64,000 nucleotides of DNA, from NCBI GenBank assembly GCA_023920165.1, contig CP089279.1, positions 2,046,001 through 2,110,000 on the forward strand. Reading direction: 5' to 3'. How positions within the stretch are numbered: the stretch's first letter is position 1; each line of letters starts with the position of its first letter. The position numbers were made by a program, and so were the translations under genes. Positions 47,850-60,586 of the stretch are shown piece after piece. A model generated the notes under the pieces. The model was not told the origin of the DNA. It worked only from the letters and a program-made list of their open reading frames with translations, and made no database searches. This DNA comes from Curvularia clavata. Lineage: Eukaryota.

Positions 47850-48363
47850 GTATGCACTATTGGTGTCAGATAGTACGGAACAGTTTGTTCTGTAGTCATT
47901 GTGGCGCTGGACGATTGCAGAAGATATATTTGTTGTGCAGTGTGCTGTAGTTAGACGTCACGTAGTTGGATATGCACGATATAGCTGATGGAGTTTCGGG
48001 GATAAAGAAAGCTTCTTTTCTCAAGTCCACTTCAGCGATTGCTCTCATTAAGTTTCTTTTACAGTTTGCCTATAGGAGTACAGTTGGAACCGGTGCATTC
48101 TGCTGCTCGACAATTTATCGTGTAACCACATCAAGCGTGGTTTCGCCCGAAGCAGGTACTTCACACTCGCACGTGTACATGAATTTCAAGTAGCCAAATA
48201 ATTAAGATTGCTTCAAAGCAGCCCTTATTATGTGCGGATAGCACGTCACGTGAATATGACAATCATCATATAGGAGTTGGTTGAGATATGCATTTATACC
48301 ACATACCGAAGCCTCACAGTAAGCCAACACGAGAACGAACGTAAGATAGCCCCGGCCCCTATT

Positions 48364-49652
48364 CTAAGAAAAGTCCTCGCCACCCTCCTCAATTGTGTTC
48401 TTGATCCGCAACAGAAGCGTAGTCTTCCACTTATCCAGCTTGCTCAACTGATCAAATTGGAATAGCTGTACCACACATCAGCACTTCCCGACGCAAGCCA
48501 CTTTAGAGCACAGCGATCACGTACCTTGTCAGAAAACATTTCCTGGTCGCCATCCTGCACAGCCGCCGTAAGATCCATAAGCAGCGCGTACTCCCTCTGC
48601 TGCTGGAAGCTGGGGTCGAGCTCCCTGTACCTCTCAAGCGCAGTGTTGACGCCAACCTGGTCGCCTGTGCACAGTTGGCAGATACCGGCCTTGAGTAGGT
48701 ACTCCTTGACGGACCAGCGCATGAGGTTGTTAGCTATCGAGGCCTTTGCGACCTTCTCGTAAAGCTCAATGGCCTTGTAGTAGTCTTTGCCTTCTAGAGC
48801 GATGAGGTCGGCTGTCTTGAGCCAGAGCTTGTTAGCAAGTGCCTGAGAAGCGGCGTTAGTTTTAGCAAAAAAGGCAAAATGGTGTTGGAGTGGTAATTAC
48901 TTCGGCGTTGTCCTATGTGCATGTCAGCTCTGGGGTTTTCAACAGGTAAATATATCCACACTTACGCTCTCATACCAACCAGCTGCCTCTTCATAGGCAG
49001 CTGCTGCACGCATGTTGTCGCCAAGCTCGACTTCGTAGAGCTCGCCGAGATTCTGCTTGTGGGTAGCTGCCCGGCGGAAGTTACCCTTGCTGCAGTAGTG
49101 TGCAATGGCCTTATCTAGACACCTTGCTGCTGCCTCTGGGTCGTCTTTTCGGTAGGCCTCTGATTCATGATCAGTCACGTGAAAACGAAAAAGGCTCTTC
49201 GTGGACCATACTGAAGGCATCTGTAAGGGTGTTTGCCTCGTCATCGGGCTCGTTCAGATGTTGGCGTTGAACTGATGCTGCTTTCTCGAAAGCCTCACCG
49301 GCTTCCTTGCCTGGGATCAATCAGTATCTCTAAATGAACAGAAACAATGCTTATTTTGTCTCGGTGGAGGCTTTCTTCCTACCCATCTTCTGCACGCGGA
49401 ACGCGTTTGCTGCGGCAATGAACTGCTCTGCGGCTGCCTCATCTGTCACGTGCGTCAGGACTTCAGCACTCATATCCCACCATTCAGACCTTACACTTCT
49501 CCTGCTTTCCTCCGAAGAAACTGAAGCCACCAGAAGCCTTCTGCAATGAAGTTTCTGCCTAATGAACACCCAAATATCAGCTATCCGCCTGGTGGCTGAG
49601 TCCGGAAAGAAGGCCCCACCTGTCGCAGTAGTGCTCTCGGGTCACCGGCCAT
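48364..49652 (-). CDS. SEC17: Alpha-SNAP (vesicular fusion protein Sec17), 8 exons: 49652..49620, 49558..49495, 49442..49383, 49310..49212, 49159..48966, 48912..48901, 48842..48525, 48465..48364
   Basis: Spliced product [28 protein letters not shown]...GNFRRAATH...[17 protein letters not shown]...[13 protein letters not shown]...[13 protein letters not shown]. Confidence 0.92.
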
Positions 49653-50011
49653 GTTTGCTGGATGTGTGGTATATGAAGACTCTGGTATGTGGAAAGGTGT
49701 GAATAGAAGAGGAAACTGTGTAGAAAGATGTTGGTATCAGGACTGGGGTCGAGACAGGTGGCTGCGCTCGCTGTCTCAATGGGCGATGACGACCCACGTT
49801 GGTCCATGCGAGACCCTCGCCTCGGCGGGGGCATCGCCAAACCCGCGCTAGTGCTTTGCAGCCGCTTCAGCCCCGACGACACTGCCCGCGTTTCGCCTTG
49901 GCCTGATTATTTATCTTAGGGTTCGCGCAAGAGAGGAAAGTGTACGCGGCTGGCGAAGGACAAGATCGTACCATCGTTACAAAAATACCTCGAACCGGTT
50001 CAGAAAGCATC

Positions 50012-50632
50012 ATGGCATGTCGTTACACCTTTGCAGCTGTGAAGCTGTGCAGGCCGACACACTGCTTGCAAATACGGTCCTTTACACGTTCGGCCTTACA
50101 GCTAGACAAAAGCCGCAAAGAAGCTGTACATCCACAGAGAAACGCCGGTATTCATCCCGATGAGCTCGAACAGCTTCTCGCAGAGCCCACCTGGTCTGTC
50201 GAATCTCTCCTCCCACCCAAGACAAGCGCACCCGACGCCCCGCAAATCACTTCGCAGCAATTACACCACCTACTGCGACTATCAGCTCTTCCGCCTCCAG
50301 AGACACCCGAACAAGAGAGAAAGATGCTGGAGACGTTGGCAGCACAGTTGCACTTTGTGGGCAAGATACAAGAGGTAGACACCACGGGCGTAAAGCCACT
50401 GCGGGCTATACGCGATGAGACTGCAGCTGCAGAAGAGGAACAGACGATTACGTTAGAGACACTCAAGGAAGCACTGAGCAAAGAGAAGGTCATTGGACAT
50501 CATCACATACGCATACAACGAGATACTGCCCCTGTCGATGCAAAAGATGTTGAAGACTGGGATGTCCTAGGCTCAGCTGAACGCAAGTCGGGCAAATATT
50601 TCGTTGTCGAAAGCGAGCGACCACAGGAATAA
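50012..50632 (+). CDS. Mitochondrial Glu-tRNA(Gln) amidotransferase small subunit (GatF/GatC-like)
   Basis: Presequence-like N-terminus (IRSFTRS), PTWSVESLLP, LHHLLRLSALP, QLHFVGKIQEVDTTGVKPLRAIRDE, YFVV. Divergent from SEC17. Confidence 0.75.
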   Translation: MACRYTFAAVKLCRPTHCLQIRSFTRSALQLDKSRKEAVHPQRNAGIHPDELEQLLAEPTWSVESLLPPKTSAPDAPQITSQQLHHLLRLSALPPPETPEQERKMLETLAAQLHFVGKIQEVDTTGVKPLRAIRDETAAAEEEQTITLETLKEALSKEKVIGHHHIRIQRDTAPVDAKDVEDWDVLGSAERKSGKYFVVESERPQE

Positions 50633-50977
50633 GGCAGCCGGTATCGGCTTTCCATCATGATCGAAGACCGGCGCCAACGCCATGTATTACACAAGCTCAC
50701 AATATGTCGAGCAAGTTGAGTACCTGACTAGATCCAAGACAGCATATACATACACCAAACGCCTCAAGATATTTACAACAACATGGGGTTGGCTGAACCA
50801 AAAAGAAAACGCCAAGAGAAACGGAGACGAAGATGAAAAGAAGGATCATGCCCATCCTACCCGAGCTTCCAGACCTGCTTCGTTGCTCGAAAAGTGGACT
50901 TGAATCGCCACGCAGCCGCATCGGAGAATCAGAATCCGAGATATTATGCAAGAAACTCCATATACTTCTCACACCGA

Positions 50978-51535
50978 TCAAAGATCAACTTCCTTGCTGC
51001 ATGTTCTACAGCGCTTCACAACATGGCCTCTGATACCGCAATTGCAAAAAGGTGCTTCTTTGAGATCAGGAAGCTCTGGTGTCGGCAAGCGAAGCATACG
51101 AGGTGTTGGAGGAGGTGTGGGTTCTCCAGAGAAATAAGAGGACATTTTTTCTCCACTAGGCAGCATTCTTCTTGACTCTGAGGTCCTTTGGATGATTGCT
51201 GGCTTTGGTCTGCTTCTGGACGAATCCTTGGCGGAAGTCACGTGAGGTTTGGAGGACTCGCCCAACTTCATGTCCGGTAAAGCACGACGAGAGTAGTCGT
51301 GTATGTGAGCTTTGGAAGATGAATCGATGCTACTTTCTGGATACAAGATGAAGTCGACATATGTCTGAGTTGACGGCTCGACTTTACGGGTGACGCCAGC
51401 GCGACGACGACATTCTGCAATCTGAACACCGGCCTTATCATGATACATCGTCTGACGGTAGTCATGAACCTCTGCCTGGTGTGATGAAGACATCGGTTTA
51501 TACTGGAACGATTGCATTGGCGACGGCGACGGCAT
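50978..51535 (-). CDS. Hypothetical protein with Cys-rich C-terminus
   Basis: 185-codon ORF with good Kozak context (CACCATG) and pyrimidine-rich leader; ends RLPTPELPDLKEAPFCNC...CRTC. Confidence 0.55.
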   Translation of the reverse strand: MPSPSPMQSFQYKPMSSSHQAEVHDYRQTMYHDKAGVQIAECRRRAGVTRKVEPSTQTYVDFILYPESSIDSSSKAHIHDYSRRALPDMKLGESSKPHVTSAKDSSRSRPKPAIIQRTSESRRMLPSGEKMSSYFSGEPTPPPTPRMLRLPTPELPDLKEAPFCNCGIRGHVVKRCRTCSKEVDL

Positions 51536-52973
51536 GGTGGTAGCTCGGACTAACCACCGGTATTGAATATCAGAAAAGAGTTGGAAGTGTTAGTGCAAGA
51601 ATGAGGAAGAAGCTTGGAACAATCCTCAGTCCAAACCAGGGTGGCTTGTGAAGGAGGGTGGGAAGTGAGTAGTGGGGAGAAAGGGAGTAAGAGGTGGGAG
51701 GTGGGCGGAGCGAGATATATGTGCAAAGCTGCGCTTGCCAAGCCTCCGCCTGACACTCACCTAGTCACTACCCCCCTACCCTACCCTCTGCCCCTCGCTC
51801 GCTCTATCCTACCCTATTCACCAGCTCTCCAGCTCCCAAATAGTTTCTAGACGTCAGAATCACTTCTCAGTGGCCATGGCTGCATGAGGGTGATACGTCT
51901 CGGCACTTTTGCACATTTCCGAATTGGGAAGTCTGAGTGTATATGATAGTTACTACGAATCATCCACTATCAGGATAATGCGAGATATCTAAGCTTGTCA
52001 TATCAATCATAAGACCAATACTACTCGATGCATCAGGTTTTGGGTGTCGGTCATCTATCAACCTCGTCGTCGCCGGCTGCCCTTCTCCCCACCCTTTCAT
52101 GTCCTATTCAACAGTGCCAAATCAACCTCCTTTCACTGCCCTCCATCGTCTCCTCACCTTCTCACGTTGTCTAGAAACTATTTCCAATGCTAGGGGGTTG
52201 TGTGGCATATTCCACCGCAGTCGGTGGTGGGTGATGTAGAAGGTGACTGTGGAATTAGCCCCCAACCAATCACGCGCTTTGTACATTTATTAAGGCAACC
52301 TTTGACCTACGCACGTACACGCTCTGTACATATATCAGCTAGCAACCCTCTTTTTTCTTAGGCCTACTAAACAAGATACCTTTGCCTACTTCTTGAGCAC
52401 CTCTAGGGCGATGAAAAACAACAATCTAGAAGCACCTAGGTAGTCATAATGAAAATAAAGAAGGTCTTGGTGAATTCTTATTCGCCTTAGTACACAAAGA
52501 ACGAAGTCTGACTTGTACACAACATGGGTTGCCGCGACAACACTCTAGATTCACTTTGTCCCTGTCCCTATCCTTCTTATTGTTAAATAAAAGCACATCA
52601 ACTTGTCACATCGTCATTTTGCGGTTTTGTAGATTGCGGTTGAAACAAAGATGAGTTATATAGCTATGTATATGCCACAAATGATCTCTCGGACGTTCAA
52701 CATTCACATTTAGTAACATGTGGGGACTTTGCTTTCAACAAAGACAAGCACACATCACAAAATACATAGATACAACATAGAATACGCATGGAATTGGATA
52801 TATCTACAAGTTCCAATGAAGAACCCTGTCTAATAACACGAATGCGCCCTGTCAATCCACACTCTCTTTTCCTCTGTAGAATCACACGAAACCTCCATCC
52901 TCTTGTCAACACCTTTCTCCTATTTTCCAACCAAACAAGGGTGTATCCCAATCGTCTGGAAGAAAAGGGGAAA

Positions 52974-55797
52974 CTAGTAAGGAATACCCTCATACTCGCC
53001 GTATCCGAGTGCAAGGTTCATATTCTGCAAGCACTGGGTTGCGGCGCCCTTGAGAAGGTTGTCAATGGTGGCGTTGACGACGACACGCTTTCCTGAGCTG
53101 TGGACAGCGAAACCGCCAATTTCGACGCCGTGCTTGCCAGAGATGTTCTTGACAAGGGGCGATTCGCCGACAATCTTGACCAGCTTCTCGCCGGCGTAGC
53201 GGTCCTGGTACAAGTTGCGGATGTCTCGGGAGGTCATGGTGCGGTTGAGAGGGATAGAGATGGTGTGCTAGGAAAACGTCAGCAAGGCCAAGCAGTGTGA
53301 ATGAAGAGAACAAAGCCTTGAGATGGCAAAGCAACGGCTCCATCTCACGGACTGGTAATTAAGTACTTACGTGAATACCCTGGAACCAAGAAGCAACATG
53401 GGGAATGAAGGCTACCTCGAGACCCAGTTGCCGCGAGATTTCCTTCTCGTGAATGTGATCTGTCAAGCTGTACGGGATAAGGTTGTTCTCGAGGTTCTTG
53501 ACATCGTTCTTAGGGCTAGGCTTAGTGCCTGCTCCTGAGTATCCAGAAACACCGAAGACGGTGGGTTGGCCACCGATGAACTCCAGGAGAGGCGCAATGC
53601 CAAGCTGGGCAGCTGTGGCATAGCATCCGGGGTTCGCTATCCGCCTAGCATCTGAGAGCTGAGAGCGGTTGACGGTTTCTGGCAGTCCATAGATCCAGTT
53701 GTTGTCGAATCGGTAGTCAGCACTCAAGTCAACAATGACAGTGTCTTTGCCGCTCTCGTTGATTGCGTCAACAAAAGGCTTGCAAACACCGTTAGGAAGG
53801 GCCATGACCCAGCAATCCACCTCTCCATTCTCAGCCATCTTCTTGACATCCTCAGCGGACAGGTTCTCATAGGTGATCTGTCGCTTCGTGTAGCCTTCTA
53901 GCTTCTTGCCAGCAAGTTCACGGGACGAGACATGGCGCAGATCCATGTTGGGGTGCTTGTTAAATAGCTCAATAAGCGCTTGACCTGTGTAGCCTCGTGC
54001 ACCAATCAGCGCGACCTTGGCGGGATAGTCCCTGCTCTTGTGTTTAATTCCGTAAGGAGGGTTAGGGTTGGTGGTCTCCACTGATCGCTTTGTAGTAGTA
54101 GAAAAGCCCCGGATTGATGCCTGTGCAAATCTGTTTTGCCTAGGGCTGCTCAATGGGTTAGCATCAAAGCATGGTGACAAATCGAATGGTTTCACGTACC
54201 TCAGGACAGACCTTGTGGATGACAAGCCAGTCATGGTAGAGTAGGCGCGCGTCTGCTGGCCTTGCTTCAAGCTAGCTACAAAGTCGGCAGCCCTTCGGAA
54301 CTGGGCGTCCAGGCTATCCTTCAGCATGCTGCGGCCCTCCTTCTGGTAGCTCTCTAGCAGGGAGAAGATCTCTGAAGATTCAGCCGCTCCCCACCAGCAG
54401 AAGATTTCCTTGTCACGGCGGAGGAAGCCATCTGCCTTCTCAAGGTGCCACTTGACGGTGTTTTGCGATTGATCATCCACGATCCAGTACAGCTTTGGGT
54501 ACTTTTGCTTCATACGCTGGAAGACGAGGTCATTCAAGTTGTTCAAAAAGGCATCCTTTGTCATGCTAAAGTGGGAGAGTTGAGCAAATTCTCCCTCGGC
54601 CGTAGGGGGGTACACGACAGCGACAACGCCCATTGAGTCATCGTGGAAGACCTCAAACGGACGGTTCTTCAGGTTCTGGATGTATCGGTTGACGGAATCA
54701 CTTGCTTCCGCTCCTCGGCTCTTGGTAATGCCCTCGGTAAGAGCAGCGACATCCAAATCCTCAAACTTGCTGATTTCTTTGACGCTGCCACCGTTGCGGA
54801 TGAGGGTTCCACTTCCAGTGTGGGTGAAAAGCTCCTTTCCAAGGTTGGAAGGGTGCGTAATGGCCACACTAGAGGTGCGCGGGAGACCATCCAGGAGCTT
54901 CTTTGCCTCTACGATCTTTAGCTTGGTACCGTACTTGACCCACGATTGCTTCATGTAGGTGTCGTATTCGCCCTCGAGGTTGATGTGGGGGATGAGCTTA
55001 GATTCTGCGTTGAAGAGTCCTCCCTTCTCCGAAAGGTAAATGACCTTCAGAGGCTGGAATTCTCGTGCCAAAGCCGCAGCAGCTACGTCGGCGTTGATGT
55101 TGAGGATCTGGCCGTCAATTGTCTCACCCATGGAACACAGAATGGGAAGCTCCTTGTTCTCGAGAGCGTCCATAATCTGCCTCCTGTTGACGTTGGTAAT
55201 GTTGCCAACGTACTTCCACTTGTCCTTGTCCAGGTAGTCGGCCTGCAGTGCACCGGCGGTGATAGGCCGGGCCGGAACACCCCAATCCCTCTTAAGGGTC
55301 ATGACCAAGTCCATGTTTGCCTCGAGGAAGAGTTTGCGGGCAATGCCCAGAGTCTTCTTGTCCGTGACGCGTATGCCATCAATGAAGTCTGGCTCAACAC
55401 CTCCCTCCAGCAGCAGCTGGTTCATCTGAGGGCCGGCGCCATGGACAATGATGGGGTAGAGGCCAATTGCATGCAGCTGCTGGAGAGCGAAGCAAAGCTC
55501 TTCGAGGTGGTCGGTAAGAATGGCGCCTCCGACCTTGACGACGGCGAATTGGTGCGGCGAGACGGAGCGGAACTGGCCCAGGTACTGGTCGACTTCGCGG
55601 CGGGAGCTGGAGCTGGCCAGCAGGTTGAGGAAGGCGGCGTAGATGGACGAGTTGCGGCCATCCTTGGACGAGGATGTGTAGAGACGAGCAGGAGTCGCAG
55701 TCGCGACGAGGGCTCGCGGGAGGGCTCGTCGTGCTTGTGGTGCAAGAGCGCGGGAAGATCGTGCTGCCACACGGCCAGCTCGTACAATGGTCTGCAT
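52974..55797 (-). CDS. ARG5,6: Arg5,6 (arg-6) polyprotein: acetylglutamate kinase plus N-acetyl-gamma-glutamyl-phosphate reductase; join(55797..54200, 54139..53371, 53267..52974)
   Basis: Kinase FAVVKVGGA, IVHGAGPQ, NINADVAA. Reductase VALIGARGYTG, DLSADYRF, IANPGCYAT, SGYSGAG, IDNLLKGAATQCLQNMN. Mitochondrial presequence from MQTIVRAGR. Confidence 0.95.
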
Positions 55798-56621
55798 GGT
55801 GACTGTTGGGGCTCCCAAGAAGCAGAGGCTGCTCAGGCCCTGGCCGACAATTGAATCAGACACAAATTGACTATTCTGTACCGTGACTAGACGGTGGAGA
55901 CTGGAAGGAGCGGGGGCCCAGGATGCCGTCTGATATGGCGCCGTGCTGGTATGACGCCGAAGCAACAAATTTCGCTCTGCGGGTCGCCGTTATCGCAGCT
56001 TCCCCAGACAATCGGGGCAACATGGCGACTTGCGCTCCTCTCGCAGCCGGGGCGTGCGTAATGGCTATTGGTCATGTCAACACGCCCGCATGCAGCCCGC
56101 AAAATGCCTACTTGTACATTGTCGGTTCGAATTAGGCGGCGAACCGACTTGTGGCCATGCATATATACGGTTGGTTGGGCAGCATACGCAAATGAAGACT
56201 GCAGCATACATCATCACACATGACACCACACTCGACAGGAACCAGCAAGCAAGGGTCAAAGAAGGATTTGCGCTATGGACAACAAGACAACTATCCAGAA
56301 TGTAAAACTCCATTTGCTCGTTTGGCCATGATGCGTGGAACTAGCCTCATCAGATTTCGTAGCAGCGGCGGCCGGTTCCATGCAAAAGACAAAGCCCTTT
56401 CCAGGCTTACGGCCCAACCGTGCAGGTGCAAACAAAGACAAGAAAGAAGACATTGGACTCATCGCTCCCCAATTCGCCGTGAAGACAGGTCCTACAGAGA
56501 CTGCCGTCGTTGATCGTGGTGCATCTCATAGCCACTCGTCCCCGTCACCAGTGGCTCCGCAGCTCGCCTCCGCGCCATTATTAATGTGTGTAATTCGTGG
56601 TATCTCATGTAGGGAGGGTGT

Positions 56622-57302
56622 TTAGTTCTTTTTCGTGGCATAGACTGCGAGTGTGTTAGCACTGGGCAGCGGACCGCGGGCGGATCGCACGGGGCAGCTT
56701 ACCAGAAGGGACGATGATGATGATGAGCAGGATGATGATGCCGACAATGAGGCATATGCGCATCTTCATGTCCTTCCACCACATCTGCTTGCGCACACGG
56801 TTGGCACCCCTTCGGAAGCCCTGGGCGGACACGGCTAGGTTGTCCGTCTTGTCCTGCAGCGAGTCTAGACGAGCTCCGCGCTCAGAGACCTTGTTGATGT
56901 TGTCGCGCATGATGCCGACGGTGCTGTCGATTTCCTGGCCTGCGAGTCAGCAAATACATTCCTAGACACTCATAGACACACTGTTTGCAGCCAGCGAGTT
57001 GCAGCCGTGCGACCCGCTTGTGCGCAAAGCAGCCAAGACACCGCCCGAGAGCGCAGACAAGCCGAGTTGCTATCGCATCGTTGTCGAAAGCGGGTGAGGC
57101 TGTCTGAGCAGCTTTTTTCTTCTCTTCAGATAAGGCGGCATGGACGCACAGCTGCGTTGGGCTGGTCTGGCAGGATGTGAGGGTGACGACGTACAGCTTG
57201 AAGGGCGGCAGTGCGGTGGTTGCCGTTCTGGCCTTGGCCCTGCTGGCGTTCGCCGCCGCTGGGGATGTAAGGATCATATGGGGCATCGTCACGGTTGGCC
57301 AT
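56622..57302 (-). CDS. SNC1: Synaptobrevin/VAMP v-SNARE; join(57302..57195, 56934..56703, 56644..56622)
   Basis: PYDPYIP...[40 protein letters not shown]...MWWKDMK followed by a TM helix. Confidence 0.95.
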
Positions 57303-58743
57303 GTTTGCAGATGGAATGCGATGGAGTAGCTGGGTAGGGTGCGATGGTGGTGGGGTTCAGACGAGGTGGTGGTGGGTGCGAGTGAGGAGGGTGGGTGAGG
57401 GTAAGTGATGTCGGCAGGAGAGATGGTGTGTGAAAGAACCAAGCCCACCCGCTCAGCCCGGATGGGAACGAGCGCAATGTAATGTGTCAGCTCGGTTTGA
57501 GGGCTCGGGCGCATGTCTGCGTCCAACTTGGCGCAACAAGACCAGCCACAGAGGCAACGGCTACGGGAGCGGCTTTGGGAGGTTGTTGCGAGCAGCTCAT
57601 CTGACCGATGGCTACGGGCCATTTACGCTGGTGACGGCATTCCTACTGAGCTTCATGCAACTCAGACTGCCGGTACAACGGTGGCTCCAGTCCGCTTCAG
57701 GCCGCATGCGCCACAATCACGTGACCTGGATGGCATCAGCCCCACCACGACGCCTCAGCTCCATGACTGAAGCCGCCGGTGCAGCAGCGCCTCTCCCTCG
57801 ACCTGGACAGCTAATTATGGCAGAAGACAAGGCCGGCCAACGACAGTCACGTGAGCGCACCCTTTGGTAGTTTCAGAGAGCACAGCCTTGTGTTGCTGCC
57901 GCTGCATGGGAAAGCCGGCACCCGAGCCGCGACTCAGCCTCAGGGCATACGACATGACGCTGCTGGCGTGGCAACAGGAACGGAATACGAACAGGGCAGC
58001 GGCAGGGCGGCGCGGGCGATGACGAGGTCATTTTGCTTGTGTGCCAAAAGCAGCGCACTAAGCGGCGCAGGTTGCGCCGAGTAAAGACAAAAGCTTGGGA
58101 AGCTTTTTGCATGCCCTGGGGCGCCATCACCGTCACGACGCCCGGCGCCTCCCTCAGCGACGACGGCTTCGAGACGCTCTGTGCAGCAGGACGCTGGCTG
58201 GTGCGCAGCGGCCTGCCTATCAAAGCGCCGCAGGTGGAGTGCCATAGAGGGCGCCAAAGCCCGCACACGCCTGGGCTGGCCGTGGGGCCTCCCTGATCGC
58301 CAAGCCGCGCGTACTAGACCAAGTCTTGAATCTCCGGGGCGCCGCTACTTGCTTGTCGCTCGCCTTCAGGAGTCTCGTCTTCGCAACCACCGCCCCTCTG
58401 CTGCTGATCTCGCTCCGTCTCCCATTTCCTTTTTGCTCTGTGAACAACGCTCGCTGAACCATCCGTCTCCGCACCCCTACCCAAGCGCCACCTCCCGCCC
58501 GTGTCCTCCTTGACGCCCTGCGCTTGCTCTCCCTGAACCCGTCGTTCGTTCCATCCTCAACGCCAACCCAGCCAGCGCCCGTCCTTCTGCGATACCCCAC
58601 GTCCCTCTGATCTTGGCTCCATCTTGGCCGTATTGGCATCACTGCACGCCGTCTTCTATCCTCAAGCCTGGTGCTTGATCTCCTTCGGCTGTGTCCGCTA
58701 AGCGACTGCGACACAAAGTCGCATCGTCTTTCCACTACTTAAT

Positions 58744-60193
58744 ATGAAGCTGACGTCCGCCCTCGGCGCCGTCGGGGCCTCGACCCTGCTGCTCTCTGGC
58801 GTGGGAGCAGTCGAACTCGACATCACTTCTCCAGGTGGGACTGATTGCTTTGAGCTCACTGTCTGCCAGCACTAATCTCCATAGACTCCATCAAGCAGGC
58901 TGCCAAGGCCCTCGCTGTAAACTTGCGCTCTTACTACACTGGCGACCGACCAGGAGATGTCCCCGGTAACCTTCCGGATCCTTATTACTGGTGGGAGTGT
59001 GGTGCCATGTTCAACGCCTTCATTGACTACTGGTACTATACTGGCGACGACACTTATAACAGCATCACCACCCAGGCCCTGCAGCACCAGATGGGAGACG
59101 ACGGTACCTTTATGCCTTCGAATCAGTCAAAGACGCTAGGAAACGATGACCAGGCTTTCTGGGGAATGGCCGCTCTATCTGCTGCAGAAAACAAGCTCCC
59201 AGATCTTCCAGGCGACCAGCCCTCTTGGCTCTCGCTAGCACAAGCCGTCTTCAACACCCAGTACAAGCGCTGGGAGACGAGTACTTGCGGTGGAGGTCTG
59301 CGATGGCAAATCTATACCTTCAACAATGGTTACAACTATAAAAACACTATTTCCAACGGCTGCTTCTTTAATATTGCCGCAAGACTGTACAAATACGTTG
59401 GAAACCAAACCTATGCCGATTGGGCCGAGAAGGTCTGGGACTGGGAGCTGGCTATTGGACTCATGAGCCCCGACTTCCATTTCTACGACGGAACCGATGA
59501 TACCCAGAACTGTTCTTCCATCAATCATATTCAGTGGACTTACAATGCCGGCATTCACATGGCCGGTGCTGCCGCCATGTGGAACGTGGTAAGTACAACG
59601 TGAATTGGTAGACATGGCCATATACTAACAAGAATCAGACGCAAAACGACAAATGGCGTGCTCGCGTCAAGGGTGTCATGGATGGAATTGGTGTCTTTTT
59701 CAAGGACAACGTCATGACCGAGGTTGCCTGCGAGAACAACGGCAAATGCGACGTGGACCAGCGTTCTTTCAAAGCCTACCTCTCTCGCTTCATCGCATAC
59801 ACAGCTGCCGTTGCCCCCTGGACCCGTGACCAACTCAATCCCCTCATGCAGGCCTCTGCCCAAGCTGCTGCCAAGCAATGCACTGGAGGTGTCAACCAGA
59901 CATCTTGCGGTCTTCGATGGATCGACAATGGTGTCAATGACGGCAGCTTTGGTGTTGGCGAGGAGATGTCTGCCATGGAGATTATTCAGTCGTTGCTCTA
60001 CACTACCAAGGCTGGCCCGGTCACCTTGGAAAAGGGCGGTACCTCTAAGAGCAACCCCAATGCTGGAGATGATTCGACCGATGCCCCAATCACATTCAAT
60101 GCTGTCACTACGGCTGACAAGGCTGGTGCTGGTATTCTGACCATCATCGTCCTCGTTTTGATCCTTGTTGGTGCTTGGTGGATGGTGTCATAA
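58744..60193 (+). CDS. DFG5: GH76 mannan endo-1,6-alpha-mannosidase, GPI-anchored (Dfg5/Dcw1); join(58744..58834, 58885..59588, 59639..60193)
   Basis: Signal peptide, [50 protein letters not shown]-terminal [13 protein letters not shown] signal. DFG5 versus DCW1 paralogue not resolvable by eye. Confidence 0.92.
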
Positions 60194-60586
60194 ATTTTGA
60201 AGCGCATTCAATTTGTTTGTAGACTACAGGGTTCCTGTGTCCTCATGCTCCAGCATGTTTCTTTTTTTTTCCTTGAGGACTGTTGTACATGATTTGGATC
60301 GTCTCGCCATGCTGTTCTTTAGAGATGTAGTCGGGTGTTTTGCTCTGGGAGCCAGATTTATCCTTGGTGTAAGAAGCACAAAGTATTTCATTGTTAAACC
60401 CTAGTTCTTAAATTGGATATTCCTTGGGCCCTTAGTAGGGTTCACTAAGACTCAGCTTGCCTAAATAGGCAATTAGAGTGAAGCATCGGTGTTCGCTTAT
60501 CTTATCGCAATCCCTGCAAAAAAGTTCAACCCCACAGTCGTTTCTTCGCCGTTTGGACGCAAAGACTCGAATAGCCATACACCAAG

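Noticed and set aside
50697..51090. PELPDL peptide on both strands and a hydrophobic ORF at 50697-50981
   Set aside because: The nucleotide match is only about 12 nt, and the hydrophobic ORF reflects T-rich 3' UTR sequence.
15513..55797. Functional gene cluster (nitrogen: hxA, GAD1, ARG5,6; light: uve1, cry; trafficking: GYP5, SEC17, SNC1)
   Set aside because: The genes are separated by unrelated housekeeping genes, so co-location is compatible with chance.
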